Source of the DNA: Ophelia neglecta
Lineage: Eukaryota
DNA: 64,000 bases
NCBI GenBank assembly: GCA_965285935.1
Contig: OZ260665.1
Coordinates: 83,266,001-83,330,000, forward strand
Direction of reading: 5' to 3'
The notes below the pieces were generated by a model that saw only the letters and a program-made list of their open reading frames with translations, made no database searches and was not told the origin of the DNA. Below are positions 39,201-49,500 of the stretch, piece by piece. The translations under genes and the position numbers were made by a program. The stretch's first letter is position 1. Each line of letters begins with the position of its first letter.

Positions 39201-40905
39201 CCCTGAGCACCAAGGTCTTCCAGTGGCTGCAGAATGCTATTCATGCCTTGGAGGAAGGGCGCTCCATCCCGGGGGAGTTCCAGGGGAAGGGAGCCACACA
39301 CACCAGCAATACCGGAGCTGGATATGGGGGCTTTTGGGACAGGCAGTTCCGCTATGCTGGTGAGAGGGCCAGGCAACACCGACAGCAGTCGGACGCCTTC
39401 AGGAGTAGGAACAGGTGGGTGAAATGAACAAGAAGGGCAAAGAAAGACTAGTAAGAAAGGAGACAGGCATACCTACCAAGAGAAAACCAAGACCAGAGCA
39501 ATAGGCAGATAAACATGGGCAATGGAAACAAATGCAGATAGGTAGAATATGGTCTTAATGATAAAAAAACTAGGGAGGGACAGTGACACATAAAAAGACA
39601 AGTTAAGTAGGAAATACAGACCGACGGACGGATATAGAGAAACGCAGAACGAAATACAAAATGAACAAACGAAAGGAAATGAAAAATATGTTACTGAGAT
39701 AAAGACAGAGACAGAGAGAACACAGACAAAATGCCCTAAACATTTGAAACAGATAGAGACAATGAGGAAAAGGCCTAAAGCAGGGCCTGAAAACGACATA
39801 CATGTATATAATCCCTCTCTTTTCCTGTTTTTCAAGAGGCCATCACAATACCAGATGGACAAGTGGACATAGTCACTGGGGCTACCAAGAAACCCGCTGG
39901 AGTGGTAGGCGTAGCGCCTGGGATTTCTATGAAGAAGAGACCAGAAACAAAAACCCTCAGCCAGGGACAGCAAGAAGGTGGCTACGACAGGCACAACATG
40001 ATCTACGGGCAGCTACATTCGACGGTCCAACACACAGCAAGGCCTATGACTGGGCCTGCTATAAGGCACACCAGGTAAACATCTCAGCTAGTCCCTGCTA
40101 TAAGGCCCACAAGGTATATATCTAAGCTAGTCCCTGCTAAAAGGATATCCAGGAAAATATCTAAGCTAGTCCTTGTTATAAGGCTCTCCAGGTAAATATC
40201 TAAGCTAGACCCTGCTATAAGGCCCTCCAGGTAAATATCTAAGCTAGTCCCTGCTATAAGGGTTTCCAGGGAAATATCTAAGCTACTCCCTGCTATAAGG
40301 CCCACCAGATAAATATCTTTGGGAACCTCCTTAACTTTAAGCACAATTCCTCTCAGTATTGTATATTTTGACATTATAAGCTCTACTCTTCTCACGCTGC
40401 TTTAAGTATTTCATTATAGCCCATCAAACAAGCAAGTGGTGTTAACCAGTCTGTCCATCTGTCTAGGCAAAGACAAGCTCCTATATAATACGGAGTGATT
40501 TCATTTATTTCCATTTTTATCCTCTTTGTACTTAAAAATAAATAAATTTGACTGTGCCATGTGACCCGTACATATTTGGTTTGTCATTATTACTATATCC
40601 AATGCTTTCCTTATTTGCAGGCCGCCGAGAAGGCGTTGACTGCGGTGTTGTATTCGGTAGATGCCAACCTCGTCTCCGAAAACATGTCTCTGTCAAGCAT
40701 AGTGGTCAAGCTGCAAAGAGTCATCACCAGGGATATCAGCATAAATGTTACCAGACTCAGCCAATTACTGCCCGAAAAGGCCTCTAGAATGATGTATCCA
40801 ACCAGTTATAGCACCCCCTGGCAGACACATACTGAAGCACAATGGACTGAGGCAGCACAGCTGGCTGATGAGATAGTAGATTGGGCCGTAGCACGAATTA
40901 ACTAG
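21100..40905 (+). CDS. SACS: Sacsin-like protein, paralog B (~4,420 aa: 3 sacsin repeat regions, J domain, HEPN). Exons 21100-21210, 22105-22221, 23386-23533, 25060-25888, 26063-26823, 27938-29967, 30094-38635, 39200-39414, 39837-40074, 40621-40905; apparent 1-nt frameshift at ~38296
   Basis: Three ELxQNADDA / GxFG(L/V)GF / FRFPLR / LPVHxNG modules; J domain KRLLFKWHPDKNPD; HEPN ARRWLRQAQHDL..ACYKAHQ|AAEKAL. All introns are GT-AG and phases are consistent. Summed exon length is 13,276 nt = 3n+1, matching one extra base. Confidence 0.92.
22105..22221 (+). CDS. Paralog B coding exon 2
   Basis: atag|ELLQNADDAKASRVVFLYDKTQHSTAPEDLLHPGLGKYQ|gtaagt. Confidence 0.92.
22935..23400 (+). repeat. 38-bp tandem array (12 units) of the exon-3 splice acceptor
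   Basis: Unit attgtgatattatgtgactatag|ggtccggcactgttt; junctions fall every 38 nt from 22968 to 23386, and the last one is the real exon start. Confidence 0.92.
23386..23533 (+). CDS. Paralog B coding exon 3
   Basis: GPALFAYNDAVFTKDDWENILLLHDSKKATDKMKVGRFGLGFKSVFHIT|gtaact. Confidence 0.92.
25060..25888 (+). CDS. Paralog B coding exon 4
   Basis: ORF 25062-25892 bounded by tgtag| and AG|gtaaat. Confidence 0.92.
26063..26823 (+). CDS. Paralog B coding exon 5
   Basis: ttcag|A YLKWPSLDQKEVTDPEMLWN...AQS G|gtgaat. Confidence 0.9.
26901..27080. mobile_element. Tc1/mariner-type MITE (CAGTG TIR family)
   Basis: TA|CAGTGAAAACTG...CAGGTTCCACTG|TA; internal AGACCACCT motifs shared with the other copies. 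Confidence 0.75.
27938..29967 (+). CDS. Paralog B coding exon 6
   Basis: 679-aa ORF; cgcag| acceptor and AAG|gtaact donor. Confidence 0.92.
30094..38635 (+). CDS. Paralog B giant exon 7 (sacsin repeats 2 and 3 through the J-domain HPD)
   Basis: 2751-aa ORF continued after a frameshift by ORF 38324 (KWHPDKNPDRQ|gtcagt). Confidence 0.9.
39200..39414 (+). CDS. Paralog B exon 8 (end of J domain, linker)
   Basis: tgcag|ALSTKVFQWLQNAIHALE...RN AG|gtgggt. Confidence 0.85.
39837..40074 (+). CDS. Paralog B exon 9 (HEPN N-half)
   Basis: ttcaag|...NPQPGTARRWLRQAQHDLRAA..YDWACYKAHQ|gtaaac. Confidence 0.88.
40055..40320 (+). repeat. 39-bp tandem array (7 junction copies) of the exon-9 splice donor
   Basis: Unit cctgctataaggc.c.ccag|gtaaatatctaagctagtc; junctions after 40074, 40113, 40152, 40191, 40230, 40269 and 40308. 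Confidence 0.9.
40621..40905 (+). CDS. Paralog B last coding exon (HEPN C-half)
   Basis: ttgcag|AAEKALTAVLY...MYPTSY..P...A.QLADEIVDWAVARIN*. Confidence 0.88.
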   Translation, partial: AAEKALTAVLYSVDANLVSENMSLSSIVVKLQRVITRDISINVTRLSQLLPEKASRMMYPTSYSTPWQTHTEAQWTEAAQLADEIVDWAVARIN

Positions 40906-41399
40906 CACTACCGAACTATAACTTCAATAGACCAAAGCCTTGTGTATAGTGTGCTCAATCAGAAGAACTATAATTTATTATTGGGGAACACGCATACAAG
41001 CACAAAAGATGTCAAAACATGTTTAATTCAATATGTGAAGAGAGATGGAGTAGGCTAGATTTTTAAGTACTTTGAAGTGCTACACAGCGATAGCTATACA
41101 CTGCATTTTTATATTTATTAAGTTGCTTTTTTATTATATTCATACTAGATCTACATTAATGTGATTTGAATTGAGGCAATTAAATTAGTACACAATGCAA
41201 GCAGTTGCCTATATGAAATAGAAGTTTACAATAACTGCATAAGAAAAGTTATCTTTTTATTCACTAGGATGAAATTATGGTTTAAAATAACCATACAAAC
41301 ATGAGAAAAGCACAGGGTAGTTGTGCTTGTTTACTTGACCGACCTATATATTAATACTGTGTTATGTTGATTATTACTTTGGTATTGTCATTTTACTGT

Positions 41400-41577
41400 T
41401 AGTGAAACCTGCCTTAAAGACCACCTCTATAATCAGACCACCTGTCAATTCAGACCACTAATATGAGGATCATGTTGTATACTTTCAATGTCAAATAACC
41501 TGTCTAAACAAACCACTTCCAAAATCAGACCAGTATTTCCCAATCCCTTTTGTGGCCTTAAGTTACAGGTTTCACTG
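41400..41577. mobile_element. Tc1/mariner-type MITE copy downstream of the paralog B stop
   Basis: AGTGAAACCTGCCTTAAAGACCACCT...CAGGTTTCACTG|TA. Confidence 0.78.
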
Positions 41578-41997
41578 TATATTGAAAACAAGAATTTTCC
41601 AATATAGATAAGTTATGTGTTAGAGACGTGGTACTTTGTTGTAGCCAACAGTTGAAAAGCAAAGAAGTGGCAAAATACAATTCCACTTGATATGTACGTG
41701 ATTAATGCTGAGAGTTATTTACATGTTTTGATAGCAATGAAATGGTGGGGATTATGGTAATGTCGGGTAATTTTGTACATATTTTATTCTAGTGGGATAA
41801 TTACAAAGTATCATCTTATGTGTGGATTCTAGTATTCAAGAAGTCAAAGGGCCTTTTTATTAATTTTGTTTTACATTTCGTGCTAGCAATTATCATATGG
41901 TTCCCGTATATTCATGTTTTACACTTTGCTTTCCTGCTAGGCCTAGTCATTCTAGTAATTATATCTTGATTTGTTCGTGCTTCAGATTCCTATGGTA

Positions 41998-42175
41998 CAG
42001 TGAAACCTGCCTTAAAGACCACCTCTATAATCAGACCACCTGCCAATTCAGACCACTTATACGAGGACCATGGTGTATACTTTCAATGTTAAATAACCTG
42101 TCTAAACAGACCACCTTCGAAATCAGACGACCATTTTCCTGTCCCTTGGGTGGTCTTAATTCACAGGTTTCACTC
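41998..42175. mobile_element. Tc1/mariner-type MITE copy
   Basis: TA|CAGTGAAACCTGCCTTAAAGACC...CAGGTTTCACTC|TA; close match to the 41400 copy. Confidence 0.78.
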
Positions 42176-43351
42176 TACCTTATTGTATCATTACTTGTCC
42201 ATATATGTTAATTCGAACTCTTTTAATAAGGTTAAAATGTTCATGAAAAGCTCAATTAAAGTCCAAACGTTGTAAATAAAACAGAGACCGCCTTGTAAAT
42301 GCCATATGCTAGGTTTGTCTTGTGTAGCTCCGAATTGTATGTGTCATCTTGTAATAGCTTTATAACTTTAAGAAGTATTTGTTTTGCAGAATGGAATATT
42401 TGGTTTCAAATTAATTAAAACATGGTGTTCTGAGTAGATGTTTTTATTTTCAGTAATATATGTTGAGAACCTTTGCCATCATATAAAGTATGGTGTTCTG
42501 TTTAAATTTTGAACAATGTAAGTGCCATATGGTTCCAGGCAGACATTGCCCTGAAATATCCTAGATCCTTAGTTTTTGGCCTAATATCCTTTTCTTGTAT
42601 CCAATTCATTAATGTATTTCATGTGGTGATTGTGATGAGACGGCCGCCTTATTATCCTGCTAGCCAAAACGTGGGCAGTATTGAAATCAACAAAATTGTT
42701 AAGTGTTTATTAATTGTAATAAATGCGTTTTAAGCTTTTTCTATTGTTATTTCAATAGTGTTGTGGACCACGGGGCTGGATTGCTGTAGATACTTAACTT
42801 TCTTTTATGAGAAATCACCAATATGATATGCTTTTAAGATATTTATCAAGTAATTAACTGAAAAAATAATCAAATAAACACCAACTGAAACCACGGGGAT
42901 GGATGCCTGACATACAATTCTAAATCGAAAAACAGGAAATAATGCATTAATCAGATTAAAATTAAACAGATTAAATGCATAATTTCATAGTTCTTAAAAG
43001 CATAACATATTGTATGCACAGAACCGTAAACAGAATATCAAAATGTAGTTAAACAGCTGTTAAATACCATTTCACAACAGGCACTCTAGGAAGTAAATAA
43101 TACAATATACAACACATGGCACCCGGGTTAGAGCACCCGGGTTATAGTGCATTTATAACACATTAAGAAGTATGGCATTCATCATTAGAATAGCTCAGGA
43201 TCATATTTTAAGTTAAAACCATTTTTATGTTAAGATAAAACGAGAAAGAAGGGAATGAGTATCCGATAAAAACTAGCCAGTTGATCAGGGTGGACATGTA
43301 AAACTGTCCCTATCCACAAGGATCTTAACATATTTTGTACCAAAAAGAGAA

Positions 43352-44906
43352 CACTATGTCATTACTCAGATCACTCTGACATTACTCAGATCACTATGTC
43401 ATTACCCAGATCACTATGTCGTTACTCAGATCAGTCTGTCGTTACTCAGATCACTATGTCGTTACTCAGATCACTATGTCATTACCCAAATCACTCTGTC
43501 GATACTCAGATCATTATTTCGTTACCCAGATCACTCTGTCGTTACTCAGATCAATCTGTCGTTACCCAGATCACTCTGTCGTTACTCAGATCACTATGTC
43601 GTTAATCAGATCACTCTGTCATTACTTAGATCACTATGTCATTACCCAGATCACCATGTCATTACTCAGATCACTCTGTCATTACTCAGATCGCTTTGTC
43701 GTTACTCAGATCACTCTGTCGTTACTCAGATCACTCTGTCGTTACTCAGATCCCTATGTCATTACCTAAATCACTCTGTCGTTACTCAGATCGCTTTGTC
43801 GTTACTCAAATCACTCTGTTGATATTCAGATCACGCTGTCGTTACCCAGATCACTCTGTCATTACTAAGATCACTATGTCATTACACAGATCGCTTTTTC
43901 GTTACTCAGATCACTCTGTCGTTACTCAGATCACTCTGTCGTTACTCAGATCACTATGTCGTTACTCAGATCACTATGTCATTACCCAAATCATCCTGTC
44001 GATACTCAGATCATTATGTCGTTATCCAGATCACTCTGTCGTTAATCAGATCAATCTGTCCTTACCCAGATCACTATGTCGTTACTCAGATCACTCTGTC
44101 GTTTACCAGATCGCTTTGTCGTTACTCAAATCACTCTGTTGATACTTAGATCACTCTGTCGTTTCTCAGATCACTCTGTCGTTACTCAGATCACTATGTC
44201 ATTACCCAAATCACTCTGTCGTTACTCAGATCGCTTTGTCGTTACTCAAATCACTCTGTTGATACTCAGATCACGCTGTCATTTCCCAAATCACTCTGTC
44301 GTTACTCAGATCACTCCGTCGTTAACCAGATCACTCTGTCGTTACTCAGATCACTCTGTCGTTACTCAAATCACTCTGTCGTTATTCAAATCACTTTGTC
44401 GTTACTCAAATCACTCTGTCGATACTCAAATCACTAGGTCGTTACTCAAATCACTATGTCGTTACTCATATCACTCTGTCATTACTCATATCACTCTGTC
44501 GTTACTCAAATCACTATGTCGTTACTCAAATCACTATGTCGTTACTCAGATCGCTTTGTCGTTACTCAAATCACTCTGTCGATACTCAAATCACTATGTC
44601 GTCACTCAAATCACTATGTCGTTATTCAGATCAATCTGTCATTACTCAGATAACTCTGTCATTACCCAGATCACTCTGTCGTTACCCAGATCAATCTGTC
44701 GTTACCCAGATCACTCTGTCGTTACTCAGATCACTATGTCCTTACCCAGACCATTATGTCGTTACCCAGATCAATCTGTCGTTACCCAGATCAATCTGTC
44801 GTTACCCATATCACTCTGTTGTTACCCAGATCAATCTGTCGTTACCCAGATCAATCTGTCGTTACCCAGATCAATCTGTCGATACCCAGATCAATCTGTC
44901 GTTATT
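43352..44906. repeat. 20-bp minisatellite (GTTACTCAGATCACTCTGTC), ~77 copies
   Basis: Direct inspection; the register is constant. Confidence 0.97.
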
Positions 44907-45862
44907 CAATGGTGGTATGAATGTCGCATCATTTTCCTGCTGACCAAAATTTCTTGGTTTACGCTAATTTCATGAAATCAACTCACCATTTCCTTCTCCG
45001 TTTGGGGAGGGGGGGGGGGGGTATTCTTTCCGTTTTAGCCGCACACGGGCATGCCGCTCGAGGGAGTACGTGTTTCCCTGGTGAAAAAGAATTAATAAAG
45101 TCAAGACAAGTCAGGAATCTTTAATCAGGAATCTTTAATCAGATGGTTAAGAAACAGGGGTGGATACACAGCAGACAATACACAATCAGAAATCAGAAAG
45201 TATCAATTAATTGAATCCGAACTCATCAGGATTCTCTTAAAGCAGGAATTATCTATTCCACATTAATGAGAATCCTCCGAAAGAGGAGACATAACAGATA
45301 TCACTGCCTCTGGCAAAAAAACAACAAACATAGCAAACAATATCATTCGGGACCACCAACCCTTGTATAGTACAAAGAAAGACCTAGCCCCAAGCGCCAT
45401 TCATTTCATTACTATTTTATTTTCTGTTGGGGAGCTGGAGATAGGTGTGTATGTGTTCGCAGCTGGTGGTAGCTAGTGATATCTGATCAATTAACTAGAC
45501 TATTCCTGGTTTCCGACTTACTTTGTCTGCCGGGCATACCAAGACGGTCATTAATTTATACACAATGATTGAATTATTTTTACTTTGTGTGACCAAACAT
45601 AATTGAAATCACGATCCAAAGAAAAAATTAAAATCAATACATTGGTGTCTCATAAACGCTTCTATTAAATCAAATAAACCCATGCTGCAATAATTTCCCC
45701 AAACCAACGAATATGAGCTTCCCCAGAAAACTGTTACGCTATTGAAAACATCCAAATACTCTCCGGTGAAATATGGAGCAGGAGGAGGGGGCCTGGATTC
45801 AGACCCCCCCCCCCCCCCCGTCCCCGACCCCAACAACCACCACCACAAGCACACCAGCCAGA

Positions 45863-46088
45863 GGCTTTGTGTTAACGGCGAAAGCGAAAGCTTCGGCGAA
45901 AGCAGCATTGGTGACACAATAATCTAAAATATCAGTTATTTTATGACCCAACCCTAACCCAGACATCTCAATTTTGTTTTTGATATAAATGGGTAATGGT
46001 AGGGATATTATTGTGTATAATATTAGCTCAATTTAAGAGGCCATGCGGCTTTCGCCGAAGCTTTCACTTTCGCCGTTAACACAAAGCC
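45863..46088. mobile_element. MITE with ~46-bp terminal inverted repeats
   Basis: GGCTTTGTGTTAACGGCGAAAG(C/T)GAAAGCTTCGGCGAAAGC.GCAT at both ends, inverted, with 2 mismatches. Confidence 0.75.
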
Positions 46089-46133
46089 CCGGCCAGACAT
46101 CACCAGCGCGCTAGGTCTTGCTGTACCGACGGT

Positions 46134-46217
46134 TATAAAGCGAAGGTGATGAGTGATGCGTTCGGCACTAGTTTTTGACAATTTAACTCCTCGTGTCGGG
46201 ACTTTTTCACAAAGAAG
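46134..46217 (+). promoter_or_regulatory. Candidate TATA box and non-coding first exon of the galaxin-like gene
   Basis: TATAAA at 46134; donor AAG|gtaaca at 46217; acceptor ttttatag| at 46554 ahead of the ATG at 46574. Inference only. Confidence 0.35.
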
Positions 46218-46573
46218 GTAACACAACACCACACATGCTGCTACACAAAAACATAATTAGTGTCTCAGACGCTGTTTTAATTATTCCAAAAAAAGTCCTT
46301 TTTGACATAATAATCTAAACATCTATAGGTATGATGCCACTACGTTTCCTTCAGACTTGTATTTTTTGGAGGCTGGTCTGCCATTCAATGGCGCTGAGCG
46401 GTGGAGCGATCAAGTATTCATCACTACAACCGAGAGATCAGCTCAAGTCTGAAACACGTGGACTGGCACTCTAGTATTCCTACTCGTGTAAGTTGTGTTA
46501 AAGACCCCTGGACGGCTTCTGCCATTCCTGGTCTGGTTCTCTGATGTTTTATAGAGCAGACGGAGCCATTAAG

Positions 46574-49500
46574 ATGACCAGCCTTGGGTCACGTGACCGG
46601 CTACTCCACATTCATGGATACCTGGCGCTGTTTGTAGTGGTTGTCTCGAAAGGTGAGCAGAAGTATTTATACACATTAAAGTATGTATTTAGGGAGACAA
46701 GAGGCATACAAGGGAGAGACACGGGAGAGACACGGTAGGGATACGGTAGGGATGGGGGGAATATGGAGCAGAGAAGAGAAGGGCATAGGTGAGAGCTAGG
46801 GGTAGGAAATGAAAAGCTTTTGGGAAGGACAGAAAAGACACGACAGGGATGTGGGATGGAGGTTGGGGCACAGGAAGGGATATCCGAGGGACGGGGAAGG
46901 GAGGGAGGGGCACTCCTTTTGAAATCGCAAATTCAGTCAACTCTACCATTATCAACACCTCTATATTAAGACCACCTGTTAATTGAGACCACTAATATGA
47001 GGAACAATATGTACGCTTTCAGTGTAACTCAACCTGAAAACTTAAAACTTAAAAATCCGACATTTCTTACATCAGGTGTCCCACACCTGCTTGTTAATGA
47101 TGTAAGCCTCGGGATGTAACCTCCGGGGTGTAACCCACGGGACGGGGAAGGGGATCCCCCCCTCCGGTAACCCCCTGTTGTTACCCCGGGGTAAAGGGCA
47201 TATATCCCGGGTGTAACCCCTCGGGGGTAAATCCCTCCGGGGGGGGGGAAACCCCTCCGTGTAAGCCTCTAGGGGTGTTTCCCCCCCCCCAGGAGGATGT
47301 TACTTCCTTTGGGGGGGTTTACCCCCCAAAGGCGCTAACCCGTCCGGGTGGTTACCCCCCTAAACGCTTAAACGGAGGATTAACCCCCCCCCCCCCCCAA
47401 ACAGAGGGGTTACCCTCCAAGGCGTAACCCCCGGGATGTAAGCTTTTTACCCCCGGGGTAACCCCAGGAATGTAAGCTTCTTTACTAAAACATCGATGTA
47501 ACATACTTCAGGGAAGTCAAAACCTCTCTTATACTAGACTATACTATGTAACTCTGAAAAACAAGGGCTGGCCGAACCTGTGACAAATTTTACGTTACGC
47601 AAGTACTTTGATATCAATTAGATGGCATTTGGGTCTCTAGGGGAGACAGCCGGGTGCTTTTAGGTCTCTAGGGGAGACAGCCCGGTGCTCAATGATCATC
47701 CGGCCAACTCCACGTCCTTCTGTCTACTGTGATACAGTTATGACAAGTGTTGTAAAGTGTCGGTTAAGCACCGTCTACCAGGAGACGACCATACAACATC
47801 CTCACCAACCCCTCACATTTTCCAAACCGCGGCTCCGTTTCGTCGATCGTAGCTCCGCCCCTGGACGAAGCCCGGCAGCTGACGGGAGTCTGTTTTATAA
47901 GCCGCACATTGAGTATTCCTGACAGCCGTTTAAGACGGAGAGATTAATCAATGTACTAGTACGTGTTCTCAGTCAGCGGCACGTCTGGCTGGAAATTACA
48001 GGATTATGACTTTAGATTCTTGAACTCCCAGAATATCATTCCTCAAAATCCAGAGTTATGATTTTCAGAAATAAGGCTTATTTTTCATTCAGAGGCCACA
48101 GTGTGGTGTCTGCAGGTGCTCCTGGTGTCCTTTTAGCCCCAGACAGGGCAGGGTTGGGTCTCCAGGCGCCCCTGGTGGCCTTTTAGACCTAGACAGGGCA
48201 GGGTTGGGTCTCCAGGCGCCTCTGGTGCCCTTTTAGCCCCAGACAGGGCAGGGTTGGGTCTCCAGGCGCTCTTGGTGCCCTTTTAGACCTAGACAGGTCC
48301 ACAGGGTTGGGTCTCCAGGCGCCTCTGGTGCACTTTTAGCCCCAGACAGGACAGGCTTGGGCTTCCAGGCGCCCTTTTAGCCCCAGAGAGGACAGGGTGG
48401 GCTTCCTGGCGCCCTTTTAGCCCCAGACAGGACAGGGTTGGGGCTGAAGGCGCCTCTGGATCACTTGGAGGCCTAGGCATGGCTTTGACGGGTCTCTCTA
48501 CGCTCCTCTGTTGCCCTTGGAAGCCCAGGTAGGCAGACGAGATTGATAGACACAGGCAGAGACGAGAGAAAGGACAAGGATGAGACAGACATATAGTATC
48601 ACAGGAGAGAGGACTCGGGCAAACATGAATGGGTCAGGGGAAGGACATGAATGACACAACTTATGTCTTTATCTAAGTCTACGGGTTCATTAAGTATCTG
48701 AGGCGTGTGATTTGTACCCCATTAAATCAATATAAAACACCGCTAACTGCAGCAGCACAAACAGTTAATGAGGTTATTTACGGTAAACAGATGCGAGAGG
48801 AACCCCCTCCACCCAGCTCCACCTAAATGACAGCCGGGGCGACCCCCCACAACAGGCGTTGGTTTTGCTAATTACAGCTAGAAAAACTCGAAACATGAAG
48901 CATTTATCGCCCACTTGTAATAAACGGTTAGTACACTCAAAGGCGGTGACTGGGATCAGTGTCAGACCTACTGGGGTAAAAAGAAAAAAACAGACTTGGA
49001 GGGGTGTTGGTCGTTATCAGTGTCAAAAGTTCCTGAAAATTATGGTGGGGGAGGGGGGGGGGCAGCACCAGGTCAACTAACAACAGAACATTTTGGAGAC
49101 GATGGAGTCATGGACGGAATCATTGAAATTCCTTCCAGAAAATGTCTGGATGGCTAGTCGGCATCATTGTAATTATAACCAAAAATATGTGAAGGGGATG
49201 TTGGCATCAGTGTTATCAAACCAAGGAAAAAAAGAAAGTAAAAACTCTTTTTGGCAGGTATTACACTATTCTGAACTCGAAATTTCGTCTTTCTTCAACT
49301 CGAAATCACCAGGAAAAATGCGCAATTGCTAGTTTTAAACCGTGTTATGACTGCCAGAAATACCTGGGTGCAGTAGGTAAAGTAGGTGGATCCTGAATGT
49401 AAAATGCCTTGTTGAGGTGTGAAGTCGACTAGTAAAAGTTAATCTGACATACAATATAATTTATTGTAACCACCTCCATTTAAAAGGCAGTCAGGCTCCA

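Noticed and set aside
43396-44975. Multiple ORFs up to 299 aa; CRISPR-like regularity
   Set aside because: 20-bp tandem repeat with no unique spacers, in a eukaryotic context.
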